A stretch of DNA of 64,000 nucleotides from Mobula hypostoma (lineage: Eukaryota): assembly GCF_963921235.1 (NCBI RefSeq), contig NC_086108.1, positions 63,924,001 through 63,988,000 of the forward strand. Direction: 5' to 3'. How positions within the stretch are numbered: position 1 is the first letter of the stretch; every line of letters starts with the position of its first letter. A program made the position numbers and the translations under genes. Positions 12,540 to 25,938 of the stretch are shown one piece after another. Below the pieces are notes generated by a model that was given only the letters and a program-made list of their open reading frames with translations, was not told where the DNA came from and searched no databases.

Positions 12540-15350
12540 AAGTTCAAAGTAAATTTATTAGCAAAGTACATATGTGTCTCTATATACAGCCCTGAGATTT
12601 ATTTTCATGTAGGCATACTCAGTAAATCCATAAAAGAATAATAACCATAATAGAATCAGTGAAAGACCACACCAACTTGGGCATTTAACCTGTGTGTAAA
12701 ATACAAATACAAAACTGTGCAAATACAAAAAGAAAGACATAATAACAATAAATATCGAGAACATGAGATGAAGAGTCCTTGAAAGTGAGTCCATAGGTTG
12801 CTGGAACATTTCAGTGATGGGGCAAGTGAAGTTGAGTGAAGTTATCCCCTTTATTTCAAGAGCCTGATGGTTGAGGGGTAATAACTGCTCCTGAACCTGG
12901 TGGTGTAAACCCTGAAGCTCCTCTACCTTCTTCTCAATGGCAGCAGCATGATCTGGGTAGTGGGGGTACCTGATAATGGATACTGCTTTCCTGCAATAAT
13001 GCTCAATGATGTGGAGGGCTGTATTCATGATGGACTAGGTCATATCCTCTATTTTTGTAGGACTTTCTATTCAAGAACAATGGTGTTTCCATACCAAGCC
13101 TTGATGCAGCATATCAATATACTCTCCCACCACACATTTATGGATGTTTGGCAAACTTTTAGATGTCTAGCTGAATCTTCACAGACTCCTCTGTAAATAG
13201 AGGCACTGCTATACTCTCTTCATAATTGCACTTATGTGCTGGACCCAGGACAGGTCCTCCAAAATGATAACACAGACAAATTCAAAGCCGCTGACCCTCT
13301 CACCAGTGATCCACCAATAAGGACTGGCTCATAGACTTCAGGTTTCCTCCTCCTGGTCAATAATCAGCTCCTTGGTCTTGCTGACATTGAGTGAGAGGTT
13401 GTTGTTGTGGCATCACTCAGCCAGATTTTCAGTCTCACTCCTATATGCAGATTCATCATCACCTTTAATTTGACCTATGACAATGATGTCATCAGCAAAT
13501 TTGTAAATGGAATTGGAGCTGCGCTTAGTGGAAAGTGAGTAGAATGGGGAGCTAAGCACACAGCCTTATGCTGCACCTGTGCTGATGAAGATTGTAGAGG
13601 AGTTGCTGTTGCCAATGCAAACTGACTGGGTCTGCAAGTGAGGAAATCAAGGATCCAATTGCACAATGAGGTATTGGGCCCAATGTCTTGAAGCTTATTG
13701 ATTAGTTCTGTGGGGTCAATTATATTGAATGCCAAGCTGTAGTCGATAAAGAGCATCCAGGTATATATTTTTGCTATCCCGATGTCCCAGGGTTGACTGA
13801 AGAGCCAATGAGATGGCATCTACTGTGGACCATTTGTGCTAGTAAGTAAATCAGAGTGCATTCAAGTTGCTTCTCAAGCAGGAGTTGATATGTTTCATCA
13901 CCAAAGTCTCAAAAAACTTCATCACTGTGGACTTAAGTCCTATTGGACAATAGTTAATGAGGCTGGTTACCATGTTCTTCTTAGGCACCAGTACAAGTGA
14001 AGTCTGCTTGAAGCAGGTAGGTATCTCAGATTGCCGAAGAGAGAGGTTAAAGATGTCAGTGAGCACTCCAGCCAGCTGATTAGCACGGGTCTTTAGTACT
14101 TGGCCGGGTACCCCATCCGCTCCATGTTCTTTTCATGGGTTCACCCTCCTGAAGGCTGCTCGCACGCCTGCCTCAGGAATCACAAGATCATCAGGCACTG
14201 TGGGAGCTTGTGATGGTTCCTCCATGTTTTGATTGTCAAAGTGAGCATAAAAGGCATTGAGCTCATCTGGCAGCAAAGCCTTGTTGTCGCCTATGTCACT
14301 TGATTTTACTTTATAAGAGGTGATAGCATTCACACCTTACTAAAACCATCAAGCATCCTTCATTGATTCAAGTTTAGTCTAGAATTGCCATTTTGCCCAT
14401 GAGATGGCTTTCCAGAGATTGTACCTTGACCTCTTGTAACTTTCTTGGTCACCAGATACGAATGCCTCTGATCTGGATCTCGGCAGATTCGGGATCTCAT
14501 GGTTCATCCAGGTCTTCTGTTTGCGAAAGATTCTGAATAATTTTGTGAAAATGCACTTGGCTGCAACTGTTTTTTAAGAAGTCCATGACAAACATGGTGT
14601 ATCCATTCAGAACCCCAAATGAGTCTTTGTACATGGCTCAATCCACTGACTCAAACCAGTTCCATAGACACACATCTGCCTTCTGCCAACACCTCTTTGT
14701 TGTTCTAATCTCCGGAGCTTTTGCTCTTTAGCCTCTGCCTGTAAGCAGGTAGGTGAAGGACAGCTAAGTGAATAGATTCCCGAAATACGATCTGGGCAAG
14801 AAACAGTAGACATTCTTTATCTTAATATAGCAGTGGTCTAGTGTGCTGGGACCTCTAGTATTACAGGCTAAATGCTGATGGTAATTGAGCAGGAATTTCT
14901 TCAATCAAGCCTGGTTGAAGTCCCTGACTATGATTCAAAATGTGTCGAGATGGATTGTTTCTTGTTTGGAGATGACATCACGCAGCATCTCAAGTGCTTG
15001 ATTATAGTCAGCCACTGGTAGAACAGCCGGCATTTGATTGGTAGGTGTTCAAGGTCAATGGAACACAAATTGGACAAAACCGCCACATTGGAGCACCGCC
15101 AAGAGTTTATCATGAAACATATACCTCTACCATTTGCCTTTTCCAAATCAGAAGTTTGGTCCATTCTGTAAATCGAGAAACCTTTGGGTCTGATTGCCAT
15201 ATCTGGCATGCTGGGAATAAGCCATGTCTTGATGGAACACAACAACTTCCTGTTTCTCTCTGATACAGCAATCTTGACCTCATTTCCTCAAATTTTTCTG
15301 CCAGTGACTGCGAACAAGATGCTCAGTAGAATTGATCTCATTCCTCTGGG
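12540..15350 (-). mobile_element. Long decayed Rex1/Babar-like LINE (endonuclease, RT and 3' tail)
   Basis: EN-like LCSIKTWL..KANGRGICFMINSW, LPDELNAFYAHFD, LTDIFNLSLRQSEIPTCFK, MLFIDYSLAFN, LCNWILDFLTCRP; many stops. Confidence 0.88.
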
Positions 15351-16136
15351 TTTCAGCCTACAGAATTCAAATTCTAACTGAAGTGTTTTTGGTCCAAACT
15401 ATGATCTTTACTGTTAACAATAGGACTGATAATTAATCGTCAAAATCGTGGTAGGTTAATTATGCTGGCTGTCTCAGTAAAGCAGCCAGAGTAATTAAAA
15501 ACCTCATTACCCTGGACATTCCCTCTTCGCCCCCTCCCATCGGACAGAAGATACAAAAGCCTGAAAGTACACACCATTAGGTTCAAAGTCAGTGGGAGAA
15601 TGGGATTACTTTGAGAGTAGCAAACACTCAATGAGCTTAAATAGCATTCTTCACCAGAAAGAGATTATATAGTGAAGTAAAAATAGTTAATATATAGTAT
15701 GTAGTATATGATAATAATGTCACTGTAATTGTAACATAATAGTGTCTTAGGTTAAATGATAATAGTGACTGCTGGTAATTTTTTTCAGATTTGCCATACA
15801 TAGCTTAAAATTGGAATTATTAATTATTCAAGTTATAAACATAATAAGACAAAAAATGATAATGCAGGAAACCTATCAGGAATGATAATTGAAGGATCTA
15901 CAAAATGAATTCAGGAATATAGTAACAGAAGGTGACAGTTTGGCTCATTAGGAAACAAACAATTCTGAGAAGGTTGCTGGAAGATTATTCTGACATAACA
16001 TGGTTCTTATAAAACAGGATGAACAAAATAAAACATGAATAGAAGAAATATCTACTGTTTTCTGAGATTCTCATTGATATTTCTGAATTACAATATTCTT
16101 TTTCACTTTAATGTCTTTTGTTCCATTTGTACTTAC

Positions 16137-16481
16137 CTGGTAGATCGGGTGCCATTTTTTTCACAATCTCTCCAGCTCTTGGTAGAATGATAATCTTGTA
16201 CAAAATGTAATCGTCGCTAGAATCCAAATCAGAAGAGAGCAGCATATGGTCCTCTATTAATTTAGACTCTCCTTCTGCTAGTTCAATAGCAAGGTTGTTA
16301 ATTAAGAAAGGAGGACTGTCATCTTTGGGCAAGATATTAATTGGAAACTTGTGTCTTGTTGCATGTTTACCATCAAAGATTCGGAATATAATATAATCTT
16401 TGGTTGTATCACTGTCGTCATGGTGATAGTGCACAACTCCATCTGTAATGTCTCTTATGTTACACATGAATCCTTTGGTGC
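16137..16481 (-). CDS. frem1: FREM1-family coding exon 8 (345 nt; CSPG repeats)
   Basis: Acceptor atcatcag|[53 protein letters not shown](G); donor G|GTAAGT, phase 1. Confidence 0.95.
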
Positions 16482-17893
16482 CTGATGATTGTACAAGTTG
16501 AAAAACAGAGAACTTCCATTAAATATGAGACTACTACAATGAATGTTGCTTTAAAGATTTATGCCATTTGTCATCCATTTTATGTCAATATAGTATATTT
16601 AACAGTGCACCCAACCTCTACAATAACATATTTGGAAAATGTCAACTTGGACTTAAACAGCAGTCTGTAAATAATAGCAAAAGGCCTTCTTTAATGTCAG
16701 ATCAGAACTGTGATATTATTTCAGCCTGGAAATGTTCAAATATTGGCAAACTGAAGTGCTTTTTTTAATTTCTTAATTTTTTTGAGATTTGTAGTTTGCT
16801 GGCAACATTCAGCATTCATTACCCATTCCTAATTGTCCAGGAATAGTTGGCAATGAGACATCTTTTAGATCCACAGAAGTAATTTCAGTGAAGGTACTCC
16901 CGTAATCTGTTGGGCGTGGAATTCTAAGACTTAAGTTCAGCAATAATGAAGAAATAGTGATATATTCCCAAGATAGGATGATATGTGACTTGGAGGGTTC
17001 CCAGGCATCTGCTGCCTTTGTCCTAGATGGCAGAGATCATAGATTTGGGAGGGGTTATTGGTATAACCTAGCTAATTAACTTCAATCCATCTTGAAGATG
17101 GCACATACAGCAGCTAATGTTTGCCAGTTTTGTAGGAATTAATGTTTGGTTTGGGAGACAGGGTTCTAATCTAGTAGTTTGCTTTGTTTTGGAAGGTGTC
17201 AAGCATCGCCAGAACTGCCCTTGTCGGGGCAAGTGAGGAATATTTCATCACACTGCTGGACTGTACCGTGTAGGTGGTGGGAAAGAATTTGGTTTATCAG
17301 AAGGTGAATCACTCCGTGCAAGTTATCCACCCCGAAACCTTCTCTTGTAGCCACAATATTTACCTGGCTGGCTCAATTGTGTAACATGGGATTAAAAAAT
17401 CTAGTAGTTTTAATCACATTGACAAATAAGAATAGCATAGCAATTAGATCTTGCTCCATCTCCCCAGCAGAGCACATGGGATCAAGAGCCAGAGCTGAAT
17501 GAGTCTGCTGCTCAGCAGCTCAGCAGCCTTTACTTGAATTTCATGTTGATATCATGATTTTCAGCAGGCTGATTATTTAAAACAATAAGTTGATTCCCAT
17601 GTTATGAGCTCCAGTTCTATTGCCACACTTCACCCTGTAGCAGATCAGGGTTCACTATATACAGTATCGGCAGTCAACTCCTTGAAACCAGTAAAGCTTC
17701 TGTTTTATTTTTGATATTTAGGCTGTTTTGTTTAATATTAATGAAGATTTTTGAAATATTATTGCATTAAACGTGCATTATTATATTATCTCAGATTAAT
17801 TGACACCTCTGGTGCAAATACTTTCTAGAAGTGTATTTATGTTAATTGCTTTTAACATGGAGAAAGATCATTGCTAATATCTGTGCTTTTTAC

Positions 17894-18025
17894 CTCGAAC
17901 TGTGAGCCGTCCATGATGCAAACCATCCACTGCTATTATACGTACAGCATTCAAATTATCATTGTCCACTATCTGGAAATTATCCCAAGTAATTGCTCGA
18001 GACTGGCCTTCCAGTAAGTCCAGAC
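17894..18025 (-). CDS. frem1: FREM1-family coding exon 7 (132 nt; missed by the ORF track)
   Basis: Acceptor ctgcgcag|[46 protein letters not shown](G); donor G|GTAAAA, phase 1. Confidence 0.95.
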
Positions 18026-18457
18026 CTGCGCAGATTAGAAATAATGCAAGCCATTAAAAGGAGGTTTCCAACTATTAACTACAGATATCCCATGTCACTG
18101 TAATAGAAATCCAGATGGAGCAGCTTTATAACTTTAACTCAACTCAAAATAAGTCTGGAATTACATTGGTTATAATATTAAAATTAAACATGAAGCCATT
18201 GAATCCAATTGGTTCACTGATGTTCTTCAGGCAAAGCAACCTGTTGTAATCCTGTTTTCTGGTCAATATGTGCATATCAGTGTATTTGACTCAATGGGCC
18301 AGAAAGGCATCAAGTTATGTCATCAGCTTTTCAGGATAACAGGGAATAAACAATAAATATTGGCCCCACCAACAAAGCCATGCACTGAGAGTGAAAAATA
18401 AGCAAACAAGATTCTTGATAACCATTTTAAGGAATGATAGAACAAGCACAGAATGAT

Positions 18458-20790
18458 TCAAAGTTCAAAGTTCAATGTAAATTTATTATCAAAGTACCTA
18501 TATGTCACCATATACTACCCTGAGATTCGTTTTCTTGTGGGCAGTCAGAGTAAATCCAAGAAACATAATGGAATTGATGAAAGACCGTACCCAACAGGAT
18601 GGACAACCAATCAGCAAAGAAACTAACCGAGCATGTACAAAAGAAATAATAATGATGATGATAATAATAATAGAATAAGCAATAAGATATTGAGAAGAAA
18701 AGATGAAGAGTCCTTGAAACTGAGTCCATAGGTTGTGGGAACGGTTCTGTGATGGGGCAAGTGCAGTTGAGTGAAATGATACCTGCTAGTTCAAGAGCCT
18801 GCTGATTGAAGGATAAAGACAGTTCCTGAACATGGGGTCATGGGTCCTAAGGCTCCTGCGCCTTCTTCCTAATGGCAGCAGCAGGAGGAGAGCATGGCCT
18901 GGGTAGTGGGGTCCTTGATGATAGATGCTCCTTTTCTGCGATAGCACTCTCTGTAGTTGTGCTCAGGGATGGAGAGGGCTTTACCCATGATGAACTGGAT
19001 TGTATCCACTATGTTTTGTTGCATTTTCCTTTCAAGGGCATTGGTGTTTCCATACCAGAATGTGATGCAACCAGTCTATATGCTCTTCACTATGCATCTA
19101 TAGAAGTTTGTCAAAGTCTTGGGTGTTATCACCACCTTTGATTTGACCTACAAAAGCAGTGTCATTGGCAAACTTGAATATGGCATTGGAGTAGTGCTTA
19201 GCTTCATGCTCAATAAATATAAGGTGAGTAGAGCAGGTGGGTACCTCAGACAGCCAAGAAAGAGGTTAAAGGTATCGTTGAACACCAGTTGATCAAGGTA
19301 TTGAGTACTGGTCTTTATTACTTGGTCAGTTATCCCATTAGGGCTGGATGCCTTTCATGGGCCCACCCTCCTGAAGGATGTTATTACGTTGGCCTCAGGG
19401 ACTGAAATCAGAGGGTCATCAGAGGCTGTGGCAGTTCAGAAAGTTCTTCCATGCTTTGACTGTCAAAGCGAGCATATAAGGCATTGTGCTTATCTGGGAG
19501 TGAAATCTTGTCACTTGGATTCACTTTGTAAGAGGTAACAGCATTCAAGCCCTGTCACAGCAGTTGCGCATCCTTCATTAAATCAAGCTCGGTCCAGAAT
19601 TGCCACTCAATGCGAGATGGTTTTCTGGAGGTTGTACCTGGGCTTCTTCTATTTTACTTAAGTCACCAGACCTGAACACTACTGATTGGGTCCTCAGCAG
19701 ATTGGGGATCTTATGGTTCATCCAGGACTTCAGGTTAGGGGAAGACTGAATGATTTTGTGGGGACACACTCAACTACGACTGTTTTTATTAAGTCCATGA
19801 CAACCATGGAGTGTTCAATCAGAACCACAGATGAGTCCTTGAACATGACCTAGTCCACTGAATCCAAGCAATCCCTTAGCCGGTCTTTTTCCTCCCATGC
19901 TCACTTCTTTGTTGGCCTTATCTCTGCATCCTTCTCTTTAGCCTCTGTCTGTATGCAGGTAGGAGAAGGCCACACAGGTGATCAAATTTCCGAAAATATA
20001 GTCTAGGCATGGAACAGTATGCAGTCCTTATTGTAGTATTGCAGTGGCTGAGCACATTGGGACTCCTGGTGCTGCAGATTATTTGCTGATGATAATTGGA
20101 CAGAAATTTCTTCAAACAAACTTGATTGAAGTCCCTGACTGTGATTTGAAATGTGTCAGGGTGGTTGCTTTTTGTTTGGTGTTGTCGGCATTCAATAACT
20201 CGAGTGCCTGATTAACATCAGATTTGGTGGTATGTAAACTGTGGTCAGGATCAAGGAAGTGAACTCTCTTGGTGAACAGAACCATCCACACTTAATTGTT
20301 GGATGTTCCAAATTAGGGGAACAAGAGTACTACAAAACCGCCATGTCCAAGCACCACAAAGAATATATCATGAAACACAGACCCCCACCTCTTGCCTTCT
20401 CAGAATCAGCAATTCAGTCCATCCTGTGTAAAAGAAGCTTTTGCATACAGTGTGTCTGGAGTGAGCTATGTCTCATGAAACAAAGCACAGCAATTTCTCA
20501 TTTCCCTACAACAGAGCCCTTAGGTCCTCAATCTTGTTCTCCACTAGCCGTAAGTTTGCTAACAAGATGCTGGGTAGAGGGAGTTTCATTTCTCTGCATC
20601 TCAGCCTGGTTTGGAGTCCTCCCCTCCCATCTCTCTTCTGGCCATGGCAATGTCTGCTTAAAGGTGTCATGCCTGCATGCTTGAGAGTTAAACCCACTGA
20701 GTTCAGAAGATCTTACAATCTCTAGTTGATTAAGACGGTTCAAAAGTACTTTGCTTAAAGGGAAATTACTGGCTGCAGATTACAATAAAA
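18458..20790 (-). mobile_element. Second long decayed copy of the same Rex1/Babar-like LINE, internally deleted near 19240
   Basis: Same 3' tail (caaagttcaaagttcaatgtaaatttattatc); EN N-terminus LPSILLAN..LVENKIEDLRA; collinear with 12540-15350. Confidence 0.85.
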
Positions 20791-20796
20791 GCAGAA

Positions 20797-21490
20797 GATT
20801 AGATTAGATTAGATTATGAGAACACTCAGTCCTCTTTTATTGTCATTTAGAATTGCATACATGCATTAAGAAATGATACAATGTTTCTCCGGAGTGATAT
20901 CACAGAAAACAGAACAAACCAAAGACTAACACTGACAGAACCACATAATTATAACATATAGTTACAGCAGTGCAAGGCAATACCATAATTTGATGAAGAA
21001 CAAACCATGGGCACGGTAAAAATAGTCTCAAAGTCCCCGAGTCAATCGACTCCCGAGTCCCTGATAGCGGCAGCAAAAGGGAGAAACTCCCTGCCATAAA
21101 CCTCCAGGCACCGTCAACATGCCAATGCTCTGGAAGCAACCGACCACAGCCGACACTGAGTCCGTCCGTCCGTCCGAAAACTTCGAGCCTCCGATCAACC
21201 CCTCCGATACAGCCTCCTGAGCGCCATCCTCTGCCGAGCGCCTTCGACCTAGCCCTGGATGCCGAAACAAGCAAAGCCGAGGATTCGGGGCCTTCTGCTC
21301 CAGAGATTCCGGTTACCACACAGTAGTAGCGGCAGCAAAGTGGGCACTTCAGAAATTTTCCAGATGTTTCTCCGTACTCTAGCATGTCTGTCTCCATCAA
21401 ATCAGAATTGTGCAAGGTCCCCTACTTGACAGATTACAGATATCAATCACCGGAGAGGCCGCGCGTGCTGCTGACGTGCCACCATCTTCT
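20797..21490 (-). mobile_element. Young, CpG-rich non-autonomous retroelement with (TAATC)n 3' tail
   Basis: gattagattagattagatta tail at the left end, GC/CpG-rich body and an aagatggtggc start on the minus strand; no credible ORF. Confidence 0.6.
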
Positions 21491-21884
21491 ACTCCTCATA
21501 AGAGCCATAAGAGCAATATTTAATATATTTGCTCCCCCCATCACTTCTCGTTTAAATTCCCTATCTTGTACTAACCATCTGCTAATCACATAGGATTTAT
21601 AAACACTGAAATATCCTCACCATTTTCCTCCTTCAGCTTCTGGGCTAAGCAACTTCTTATTCTCAGAGATTTTAACCTCCATCTCTGTCCTCTAATTTTA
21701 TTGAAATCCTCTCCTCCTGTAATCTCTCTCTCTTTACACAAGTTCCAGTCAACATTCATGGACAGTTTCTTGTCCTTACCAACTTATAGAGCCTGACATC
21801 TCCCACTGCTACTATTACAGATGGGGTTTGTTTGTTTATTTATGTATTTGTTTGTTTAATTTATTGAGATACAGCACGGAAATT

Positions 21885-22060
21885 TATCAAGAGGAATAAG
21901 CAGTCAATGTTCTGGGCCAGGATCTTAATGAAGAGTCTCAGCTTGAAACATTGACTGCTTATTCCCCTCCACAGATGCTGCCTGACCTTCTGAGTTCTTC
22001 CAATATTTTGTGTGTGCTGCTCTGGATTTCCAGCATCTTCAGAATCTCGTGTTTGTGATT
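21885..22060 (+). repeat. Penelope-like terminal repeat fragment with inverted arm
   Basis: atgaagagtctcagcttgaaacattgactg..gatgctgcctgacc..gagttcttcc..tgtgtg motif, also at 31836, 56985 and 62247. Arms at 21891-21911 and 21947-21969 are complementary. Confidence 0.7.
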
Positions 22061-23835
22061 GGCTACTTATTGTATTATTTGTTATTCACATTCCACTGAC
22101 CCACATAGTCCTCCTTAATGCCATTCAATGCTCATCCGATTAGCGGAAATCATACTTGCCTGGACTCACAAATATCCATCCAACCACAACTCAGGAAGTA
22201 CATCCAATGCCTTATTTTTCTGCCCTTGGTTTACTTCTGGCGACACCCACTAATCTATCACATGCCTTCCCTTAATTCCCATCTTCATTTACTTTTCACT
22301 AATATCTTTAAGGTATCAATTTACAGAAGCAGATAAATTAAACCCAGCTCTCTACCCTACTCCCTATCTTTACTTTCTTACAGTATACTCCTTGTCCATT
22401 ATCCCATAATGAACAGGCAGAGATTTCCTCCAACTAAATATTAGAACACTAAAGCTACTTGTACCATAAACTTGTAACTTTCATAAGAACATGAAATGAG
22501 TGGGAGTATATCAATTCACTCATCTTATGGCCGATCTTTTATGTCAATACAACTCTCTTCAACTAACCCTTAATCTTTCGATTCCTTTATATCTAAAAAT
22601 CCATCAATTTCTGTGTGGAATATTCTTGGTTCTGGGCCTCCACAGCCCATGTGGGTTGAGAATTTTGAAGATTCACTCCCCAGTTTCTTTATTGTGTACC
22701 TTGAATGGTTGACCTTGTATTTTCAGACTGTGATCCATGTTTCTGAACATGTGTCACATGCTAGAATTCAGAATGTTGCAATAAGATCAAATTTCATTCA
22801 AGAGAGTATCGGCACATTCTGTTGTATCTCTCATTAAATGACACCTGTTCACTCCCTATCATCGCATCAACAGGAACCAATCTGGTAAATGTCTGATAAT
22901 TCCCTGTACTGTACCCTCTATAGGAGGAAACTTCATACCAATGCATGATATTCTCAATGTACTCTTGCCAGGCCTCTATATCATTCTGACAAGATGACTC
23001 CACTTGTGGAACCTGCCTATTGACTATCAATGATTCATATACAAAGTCAATTACACTGTCCTGAGACATAACTTGGTAATACTCCTGTATAATGCTTTGC
23101 AACATTTTATACATTAAACATGTTACACAAGTTCACATTATTGTTTCAAACAAAAAACAAAAGAGGAAAGAATATGAATGAGTCCTAAGGTAAAAACCTA
23201 GTGATGTCTGTCAATTTGACTTGTGGCAGCCGAGAGCTTCAACAAGACAAATCAATGTTCATTAGTGCAGGATGAGAAAGTTCAGTACATGATTCCACTG
23301 ATACACAGGGGCTTTAGGCTTTTATTTTGGTGCAGAGCACACAGGTAACTGGGTTTTTAAAGCATTTATATCTAATGGAACAAATTTAAGTAGAAGATGA
23401 ATGATTAGGAATGAAGGTTGCCTTTAACTGGCAATTAAGTTGATAACTCTCAAAACTAATTTCTTCATTAGCTTAAAGATATCAAAGAGAAATTTCACAT
23501 TGTTTGAACAAGGTTAGGCTAGATTTCTCTATTTTCATTTGAAGCTTGAATTTTCATATTGCCTAACAGAACTTGATTCTGCACCTGGCGTCCACCCTTA
23601 GCCCCAACCTGTGGAGCTTTTCCCATTTGTGCATGTTTCATGTGTGCACGAGTATAATTTCAATTCTTGATTCATGTTCAACAGCACAGTGGGGAATGTT
23701 AAAGGTCTGTAATCTGTGGTCCAGGAATACGGAAACCAATTATTGGCCAGTTGGGAGCAGAGGAGAAATTGAGTAGTTCATGCAACTATATTAATTCAGT
23801 GATACAATTGTAATGTAGTCACAGGATTCATAACT

Positions 23836-24637
23836 CAATGGATTCCGGTTAATTGGACCACTATTAATCGGGCAGTTATTTATGTGGGGCAACTCAAAGA
23901 ACAAAAACTAATTGAGAAGCTAGCTGGGATTCCCTTCACTTATTTGGGCCACAATGTCGCTTAATTGCAACATGAAACTGTTGCCAACTAGTTTCTAACT
24001 AGCATCAGTCAGGTGCACTTGTGCGACTGTTAGACATTACACCATACTTACAGCAAACAGTTTCTAAATAGAGTCAGTTTCACGTGTCGGTGTTCAAATG
24101 GCAGCGATACTTGTCACTGATAAATGGTGAGAAATAAGCAGTAAGACAATTTGCAACTGTTTTGCTCACTGCGGTTTCATGTACCAGATACAGCCAGGAG
24201 TGAAAATAAATGATTTCCAGTACTTAGGACCTATGAAGAATTTGAAGGTATTGACAATCATCTTGAATGTTACAATGAAAATGAGGATTTAGAGAACATA
24301 ATCATTGAAAGCATTGTATGAAGACAGTCTATTACCTGTACGAGATGCTTTCACTGAATTTGTTGACTTACAGTCAATCAAATGAACATGGCAGGGTACA
24401 CTGAATGAATTCTTACATCAATAATTATTGGGAACCAACACACAGTTTTATAGTACTATAGTGATATTGGTAGTGTTCTAATTTTTTCTGTATTTCATTT
24501 AAATACATTAATCATTATTCATTTTGTCTTTTTATACCTTTTTAACTATTTCCATGGAACTTCATCTAATTGAGGCAGCCACTTAATTTGGCAAAATGTA
24601 CTGGATCTGATATGTCCCAATTAACCAGAATCCATTG
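23836..24637 (+). mobile_element. Tigger/pogo-like non-autonomous DNA transposon, second copy
   Basis: TIRs caatggattccggttaattgg.. and ..ccaattaaccagaatccattg; transposase C-terminal remnant KTICNCFAHCGF..EEFEGIDNHLECYNENEDLE. Confidence 0.82.
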
Positions 24638-24739
24638 CACATTGCAAATAAATTGGAATAGAAACAGCCTAGTAAAGCTATTTTGACATTCAAATTAAAA
24701 TTTAAACATAAAAATAAACACCAATCTCATAACACATAC

Positions 24740-24848
24740 CCATATTCCAAGAAACCCTTGGTGCATTAGTATCTGCTGTTCTGATAGAAAAGTGAACAAC
24801 GATGGAAGCACTGGCCATAAAAAATGTATCGATAGCCTTAAACTCAAC
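24740..24848 (-). CDS. frem1: FREM1-family coding exon 6 (109 nt; missed by the ORF track)
   Basis: Acceptor atcttag|[39 protein letters not shown](G); donor G|GTATGT, phase 1. Confidence 0.95.
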
Positions 24849-25614
24849 CTAAGATATACAAAAAAAAAACAAGCATGAACACCTACACTGAACATCAAAA
24901 GATCTTTAGATGCATTTGCTTACAATACATTTTTCTTCTTACCAAAATGGGAAAGAGTGGAAATTTTTTAACATTTTGTACTTTGTGTTGGCAACTAGAA
25001 GGATGAAATTAGCAAACACACAGACAAAAAATTGAAAATGAAAACTATATCCTGCAATTATACTTCCATTCCAGGATTCCGGGAAACTAGCACAATATAA
25101 CAACTCTAAATACTGATCTGACATGTATAAAATATTCATTCTTTGTTATATCAGTGGAAACAAAACATGATTTTTTTTATAAAGTGAGGAATCTACCTGA
25201 ATAACACAAGTATATAACTTTTTAAAAGTTCTATAATAGTAGCATAATATAGGTAATATAGGAAAATTACAAGGGGTATTGATCACAATCTCCCAAACAG
25301 TAACTTATTTTAAAACCTGAAGATTTTGGAAGGAAGAAAATTGAGGGAGATTAGATATTTTACTACCTTCAGATCTTATCAAAGTATGAGCTGGAGTAGG
25401 GAATAGTTTTGTCATGTGTAAACTAAATTTCCAATTTGTTAAGGTATGGGACTGAAATGGGAATTACTCTGAGGAAATGCCAGCCATAGTGAGAATCCAG
25501 GAAAATGGAAGGAAACATCGAACAGGATATTCACAGATAAAAACAAAGACAGAAGAGAATTCTGTTCCTAGACATACATTTTTGAAACTCAAGAATTAAA
25601 ATGATTCAACATAC

Positions 25615-25938
25615 CTCATAATTCCTTCTTTCAGGATGGCTAGTGTTAGGTGGTTGGTACGCTATCTTAATTTCATATAAATCCTGCCAGCTGAATGAAA
25701 TAATGGGTTTAGTATGGTCGTCCAAGTGAGTTAGGTACCCTTCATCAGGAGGCTTGGTGATGTTGAAAATCAACCTGTCCTTTGGGCTCTCATCATCCTC
25801 TGCATCAATTGTGGCAATGTTCATTGGTGTCAAGATGAATTGATCAACCTCCAGGATGTACATTGACATGAAGGCTGCTTTTGGTTTCTGATTTTGTATT
25901 GCACCTTTTATGACAACTTGAAGCCAAGCATTCTCTAC
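25615..25938 (-). CDS. frem1: FREM1-family coding exon 5 (324 nt; CSPG repeat)
   Basis: Acceptor tttgacag|[56 protein letters not shown]; donor GAG|GTATGT. Confidence 0.95.

Noticed and set aside
20900..21415. 171-aa ORF
   Set aside because: It lies in a GC-rich repeat where long chance ORFs are expected, and has no recognisable domain.
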